The position numbers were made by a program, and so were the translations under genes. Positions 35,199-39,465 of a stretch of 39,465 bases of DNA are shown here, piece after piece (position 1 is the first letter of the stretch; each line of letters starts with the position of its first letter). This stretch comes from an uncultured Candidatus Saccharibacteria bacterium (GTDB lineage Bacteria > Patescibacteriota > Minisyncoccia > Phycocordibacterales > DATGWK01), in assembly GCA_964442475.1 (NCBI GenBank), contig CAYTZJ010000002.1:1-39465 (forward strand), in the 5' to 3' direction. The notes under the pieces were generated by a model. It was not told the origin of the DNA. It searched no databases and was given only the letters and a program-made list of their open reading frames with translations.

Positions 35199-36753
35199 TC
35201 ATCTTGTCAACCCCTCAACTTTTCTGAACTGTAAGGCTTCCAGTACATGGTCTTTTTTGATTTCATTGCAATTTTCTAGGTCTGCGATTGTTCTTGATAC
35301 TTTCCACACACGATGATACGACCGCATTGAGAGATTAAACGCACTAGCACTTTGAAACAATGTTTCGGCAGCTTCAGGGGAGATGTTGCTTACTCGCGCT
35401 AAGTCATCCCCCGACATTTCGCTGTTAAGGTGTGGGCCTTTGTCGAGTGATGAAAAACGATTTTTTTGTTTTTCTCTTGCTTGAGTAATTCTTTCAACCG
35501 CTGAAACTGTTTCGTTAGTGTTCAGAGTTTTTGATGTGTTTAAGTTTGTATATTCTACTTCGCCAACCTCTACAGAAAGATCTATGCGATCTAAAATTGG
35601 TCCGGAAAGTTTATTTTTATAACGCAAAATATCTGTAGACAAACAAACGCATCTACTTTTTTTGCTTGTGTGGTATCCACATGGACATGGATTCATCGCT
35701 GCAATCAAAATGAAATGTGCTGGAAAATAGACGCTCGCTCTGGCTCGAGCAATATGAACAATTTTATCTTCGAGTGGTTGTCGTAATGCTTGAATAACTT
35801 TTTTATCAAATTCAGTAAACTCATCGAGAAAAAGTACACCTCGATGTGCGAGTGTAATTTCACCGGGTTTGGGAATGGCTCCACCACCAACAAGAGATGA
35901 GTATGAAGAAGTGTGATGTGGTGCACGAAATGGTGGATATGAAATTAAATTATCAGTTAGTCCCACAATTGAATGAATCGAAGTAACTTCAAGCGCGTGT
36001 TCAATGGGTAATCGTGGTAGGAGTGAGCGCATTGCATTTGCGAGCATTGTTTTTCCCGTGCCCGGTGGTCCGGACATGATGATGTTGTGTCCACCAGCTG
36101 CAGAAATTTCAAGACCACGTTTTGCAAAGCCTTGCCCAATAATTTTTTCTAGTAAGATTAATTTTTTTTCTGACAGATTTTCATTGTGATCCAGGATATT
36201 TTTTTGAATGCGTTCGCTTCTTTCAAACTCAGAAATTTTTTCTTTAATTTTTTTTTGTTTTTTGATTTTATTTTTGAAACAATTTTTCTGGTTGTGATGA
36301 TGAACAATTTCATGTAGGGTGCTTACTACAAAAATTTTTACATTTTCAACCAACGCAGCTTCATTGGCATTTTCTTTTGGAACAAAAATTTCTTCGAAAC
36401 CTTTTTTCTTTGCTTCGATGACGATTGCTAAAACTCCTTTTACTTTTCTTATATTTCCATCTAAGGAAAGTTCTCCAAGAAAAAGTTTTTTAGTTGGATC
36501 AAAATTAATATCTCCACTTGCAATTAAGTATCCGAGCGCCATTGCGAGGTCGAAATGAGTTCCCTCTTTTCTAATATGAGCTGGTGCTAGAGAAATCACA
36601 ACCCGGTGATCTATCCTTCGCTTCCTCCATTGCCTTGTCGGGTAATCCGACAATTGAAAAGGAATGTAACCCTCGAGACAGATCAATTTCAATGTCAACA
36701 ATTACACCCTTGAGGTGGTATGATTGTCCGCTATGTGTTTTTGAAAACCCCAT
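35199..36753 (-). pseudogene. comM: Mg-chelatase-like AAA+ protein ComM/YifB, reading frame broken near 36600-36625
   Basis: The N-terminus (MGFSKTHSGQSYHLKGVIVDIEIDLSRGLHSFSIVGLPDKAMEEAKDR) is in one frame and stops at 36571. The rest (RVVISLAPAHIRKEG..., GPPGTGKTMLA) continues in another frame from about 36620. Confidence 0.7.
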
Positions 36754-36841
36754 TTACTTTTTTAATTTTTATGGTCAACGAGCACAAAAACAGCACTTGC
36801 CAACAAGAGGCAGAATATTGTGAAACTATTACAATCCAAAT

Positions 36842-36965
36842 ACACTGCCGGCACAGGGAAATGAATAACCTGTTTACCGGCCTAGAATAATGGTTTCACG
36901 GCAGGGTTCAAGAAAGTCTAAAGAAGTTCTAAAGTTTTCCATTCCTATCTAGAAAACTTTTTTTC
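36842..36965 (+). ncRNA. Candidate small structured RNA of unknown family
   Basis: Helix GCCGG-c-ACAGG (36847-36857) / CCTGT-tta-CCGGC (36869-36881) competes with CTGCCG (36845-36850) / CGGCAG (36899-36904). AAAGTTTTC/GAAAACTTT hairpin (36931-36960) is followed by a T-run. Possible -10 TACAAT at 36830-36835. Confidence 0.2.
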
Positions 36966-37021
36966 AATAATGTGAATAGTTAAAGGAGTGTGGTAGCGGC
37001 ATGTGTTTACTACATATATAC

Positions 37022-37046
37022 AAAAACACCCCGTGTGGGGTGTTTT
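37022..37046. terminator. Bidirectional intrinsic terminator after the dksA-like gene
   Basis: aaaaACACCCCgtgtGGGGTGTtttg. Confidence 0.8.
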
Positions 37047-37052
37047 GATTTA

Positions 37053-37418
37053 TTACATGTGAGCCTTACAAGTGATTGCGGCTGGATTTGCTTCGAGCCT
37101 GTCCAATTCAATTTTTTCGCCACCAATTTCACAAATCCCAAAATTATTACCAGATGAAATTTTTTCTAATGCTCTTTCTACTTCGTTAAACCGGGTTTCT
37201 AATTGTTTCAAAATTGCAGTATGGTCTTCATATTCTTCAATGCGAGTTCCTTCATCGTTTGTGTCTGCTTTTGTTGCTTCATCTGCTTCTGGTGGAGTCG
37301 CTTCCCAATCTTTTGGATTGTCGGGATTAATTCGTCCAACCGATTCAAGTTCGCTTTGCAATACTTTCTTTTCTGATTCCAGCTTATTTTTGAAATTTTG
37401 AATTTGTTCGTTAGTCAT
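37053..37418 (-). CDS. DksA/TraR-family protein with a degenerate zinc finger
   Basis: Coiled-coil N-terminal part, then FGICEIGGEKIELDRLEANPAAITCKAH. This matches the DksA C-terminal pattern, but the four Cys are reduced to C...C-x2-H. Confidence 0.7.
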   Translation of the reverse strand: MTNEQIQNFKNKLESEKKVLQSELESVGRINPDNPKDWEATPPEADEATKADTNDEGTRIEEYEDHTAILKQLETRFNEVERALEKISSGNNFGICEIGGEKIELDRLEANPAAITCKAHM

Positions 37419-37424
37419 ACATTA

Positions 37425-37433
37425 ATTATACCA
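37425..37433 (-). promoter_or_regulatory. Extended -10 (TGGTATAAT) placed 6 nt upstream of the dksA-like ATG
   Basis: The reverse complement of attatacca (37425-37433) is TGGTATAAT. It is followed by TAATGT and then ATG (37418). This is the same 9-mer as the T4SS operon promoter. Confidence 0.55.
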
Positions 37434-37476
37434 AATCTATTTTGTTGTGATTAATATAACAAAACCTCGCGTTTTT

Positions 37477-38595
37477 TTAACGAATAACTTGAGAAGAAAA
37501 ATATCGATTCAAAAGTTCTCTAAATGTTGTTTCGTTTGTTGTGACAACAAGAGTTTTTAAATCCAAAAATGAGTACAACAAAACAATGTTGCCAACACGA
37601 TCTTTAAGAACACGGGTGTCTTTGCTTTTGATCACAACGTCTTCAAATTGTGGATTTGTTGATGTTGAAATTGCAAACAGTGTTGTGGGTTTAATGAAAA
37701 GTGGTTCAAAATCTGTGGTGATGTTTTGTTCAAAACGAATCATTCCATCGTAAGCATTATCGAATGATGAAACACGTGTGAAAATAAACGGCTCTTTTAT
37801 ATTTCCAATCGCATGTATTCCGAATACCCATTCAGAACCCAATGCCCTACCAAGCGATGATGGTGCACTTTTCCCAAAAAGTTCAAAGAAACTTTGAGCA
37901 GAAATTATTTTTTGTTCACCGTTGTTGTTTTCTGTCAGGTCGATTCGAATCAAACCATTTGTCTGTCGAGGACGAATAAGTGATTGTTGAATAAGTGAAA
38001 GTATTTCAGACGTTTGCTTGTTCGTGATATCGATCGATTCTTTTGCATCAGTAGTAATAATTGCAATCGGACCCTGTACAATCGGTTCTGGTTTATTGGT
38101 ATAAAAATTAAAAACTAATCCTGCAATACCGATGCCCGCAAGCATAAGCACCAGACTGATCACAAGAATTAATCCCTTTTTTGTTGCCCTTTCAGTTTTT
38201 TCAATAACCACTTCACCCTTTTTTATTTGTTCCACTTTTTTTTCTTCTTCCGCCCTTTTTACACTAGCAACGGATTCATTTTTACTTCTACCTGCTTCCG
38301 CAACATCGCGTTCGTATGTGCGAAGAGGTTTTACAATTGAATAGAGTTCTTTTTTCTCTGGAGTCAATTGACTCTCATCACTTAGTGAACTGATAACCGT
38401 TGGTGGTGGAACGAGTTGGTCGATACGAGTGCTGATTGGGTTGCCAAAGACTTTTGGGGGTTCAGGGTCTGTTCCCAAACGATTAGCGGCACTTTTAAAT
38501 GTCTCACCAAATTCTTTTCGGTCTGTTTTTTTGATCTCGGTTGCGAGTTTTTCTATTTCTTTGTCTTTGAATTGTGGTTGGTTTTCTGGGTTCAT
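37477..38595 (-). CDS. Hypothetical bitopic membrane protein
   Basis: Lys/Glu-rich N-terminal half, a single TM (LILVISLVLMLAGIGIAGLVF), and an extracytoplasmic C-terminal half. TATAAA lies 7 nt upstream of the ATG. Confidence 0.6.
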   Translation of the reverse strand: MNPENQPQFKDKEIEKLATEIKKTDRKEFGETFKSAANRLGTDPEPPKVFGNPISTRIDQLVPPPTVISSLSDESQLTPEKKELYSIVKPLRTYERDVAEAGRSKNESVASVKRAEEEKKVEQIKKGEVVIEKTERATKKGLILVISLVLMLAGIGIAGLVFNFYTNKPEPIVQGPIAIITTDAKESIDITNKQTSEILSLIQQSLIRPRQTNGLIRIDLTENNNGEQKIISAQSFFELFGKSAPSSLGRALGSEWVFGIHAIGNIKEPFIFTRVSSFDNAYDGMIRFEQNITTDFEPLFIKPTTLFAISTSTNPQFEDVVIKSKDTRVLKDRVGNIVLLYSFLDLKTLVVTTNETTFRELLNRYFSSQVIR

Positions 38596-38670
38596 TCATT
38601 TCTTTATAAATGATCTTAGAATCTTTGTTTTATTTTTATTTAAAAAATAATTTTCATATACTTCGTACCA

Positions 38671-38695
38671 AAAAACCGACGTGGTGTCGGTTTTG
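38671..38695 (-). terminator. Intrinsic terminator after the NYN gene
   Basis: AACCGAC gtggt GTCGGTT, with a T-run on the minus strand (aaaaa on plus). Confidence 0.75.
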
Positions 38696-38706
38696 AGGAT
38701 TGAATA

Positions 38707-39324
38707 TTATTGAGGTCGTATCTCTTCTCCACTTGCTCGAGCATCTGCATCTGCTGAGGTTTCTATTTCATTATCGTTTTCAGTTTTGCTTTCGTGTGCT
38801 CGTCTTCGATTGTTTGCATTTGTCATCAAATATCGACGTGGGTTGAGATCGAGATCTAAGAAATCGTCGGCGGTTTCGATGAGTTTTGCTGAAGAAGATT
38901 TGCCGAAAGAAACAACCTCAACTTGGCAACCTTGGTTTTCTCTTAAATATTCTACGAGTGGTACAAAATCGCCGTCACCTGTAATGAGAATAACAGTATC
39001 GAGTTTGGGTGCGAGCTTGATTGCGTCAACCGCAAGACCAACGTCCCAATCTGCTTTTTTGGCACCACTTGAGAAAATCTGAAGGTTTTTTGTTTTGGTT
39101 TCGATACCCACCTTACTGAGTGCGTCAAAAAACCCCTTTTCTTCACCTGATTCAGTTGTAATAACGTATGCAACTGCACGAATGAGAGAACGTCCGGCGA
39201 GAACGTCTTTTACAATTTGACCGAAATTAACCTTAGATTTATAGAGATTTTTACCACTATGGTAAAGATTTTGAGTGTCGATAAAAATACCGACTCTCTG
39301 CCCCTTATGTTTTATTACTGACAT
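38707..39324 (-). CDS. NYN-domain (LabA/DUF88-like) putative RNase
   Basis: RVGIFIDTQNLYH and VILITGDGDFVPLVEYL...VEVVSF match the NYN/LabA pattern. The C-terminal tail is charged. Confidence 0.75.
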   Translation of the reverse strand: MSVIKHKGQRVGIFIDTQNLYHSGKNLYKSKVNFGQIVKDVLAGRSLIRAVAYVITTESGEEKGFFDALSKVGIETKTKNLQIFSSGAKKADWDVGLAVDAIKLAPKLDTVILITGDGDFVPLVEYLRENQGCQVEVVSFGKSSSAKLIETADDFLDLDLNPRRYLMTNANNRRRAHESKTENDNEIETSADADARASGEEIRPQ

Positions 39325-39397
39325 GAAAATTAACTAGCTTATTAAAATTTAGAACACCTATTGAAATTTGCTTACCAAAAGTACTCAAAAAACGAAA

Positions 39398-39465
39398 TTA
39401 TGCTCGCTTTTTGAGATTTAGCTTCTTCATTACCTCGTTGAATCTATCAACGCTCTTTTTTTGAA
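39398..39465 (-). CDS. Possible 3' end of a gene that runs off the window edge
   Basis: The frame is open to the edge and ends ...QKKSVDRFNEVMKKLNLKKRA then TAA at 39398-39400. It is too short to assign. Confidence 0.2.
   Translation of the reverse strand, partial: QKKSVDRFNEVMKKLNLKKRA

Noticed and set aside
33511-36900. The 8-mer TTTCACGG recurring at about 33510, 33656 and 36894 as a possible shared regulatory site
   Set aside because: Three hits of an 8-mer in 39 kb on one strand is only mildly above chance. Two of the hits belong to the 23 nt repeat already reported.
37001-37048. 15-codon plus-strand mini-ORF (MCLLHIYKNTPCGVF) preceded by AAGGAG
   Set aside because: It reads through the dksA terminator hairpin, the SD spacing is long (12 nt), and SD use is otherwise absent in this window. 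It is probably fortuitous.
1-39465. Alternative genetic code (UGA recoding, as in some CPR lineages), CRISPR arrays, rRNA genes, IS elements
   Set aside because: All conserved genes are full-length under the standard code apart from comM, whose break is a frame shift rather than in-frame UGA codons. No regularly spaced repeat array, rRNA signature or transposase-like ORF was seen.

Overview
The window looks like an origin-proximal chromosomal segment of a small, low-GC, tightly packed bacterial genome. The gene content suggests Patescibacteria/CPR, possibly Parcubacteria-like; this is inference, not a database result. All long ORFs are intact under the standard bacterial code. The housekeeping backbone is tRNA-Lys, holA-polA-tsaE, pilB-ruvB-yebC-ruvC, tyrS, a class A PBP, the dnaA-dnaN-DUF721 and rpmH-rnpA-yidC origin cluster, rsmA-pcrA, a LysM/M23 peptidase, a disrupted comM, a DksA-like protein and a NYN protein. 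The accessory part is an 11-gene minus-strand operon (17451-29132) plus two divergent secreted-protein genes (29245-30722). The operon encodes a VirB2-like pilin, a PrgI/VirB3-like protein, a VirB4 ATPase and a VirB6-like protein, along with seven uncharacterised envelope or secreted proteins. It has no relaxase, coupling protein or integrase, so it looks like a domesticated minimal T4SS-like machine rather than a mobile element. Other points are a recurring leaderless promoter geometry (TGnTATAAT, 6 nt, ATG) and near absence of Shine-Dalgarno sequences. There are also tandem decoy copies of the tRNA-Lys 5' end, three small GC-elevated ORFs and convergent genes with no intergenic space. No CRISPR array, rRNA or transposase was seen. 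All motif coordinates were indexed by hand and no searches were run.
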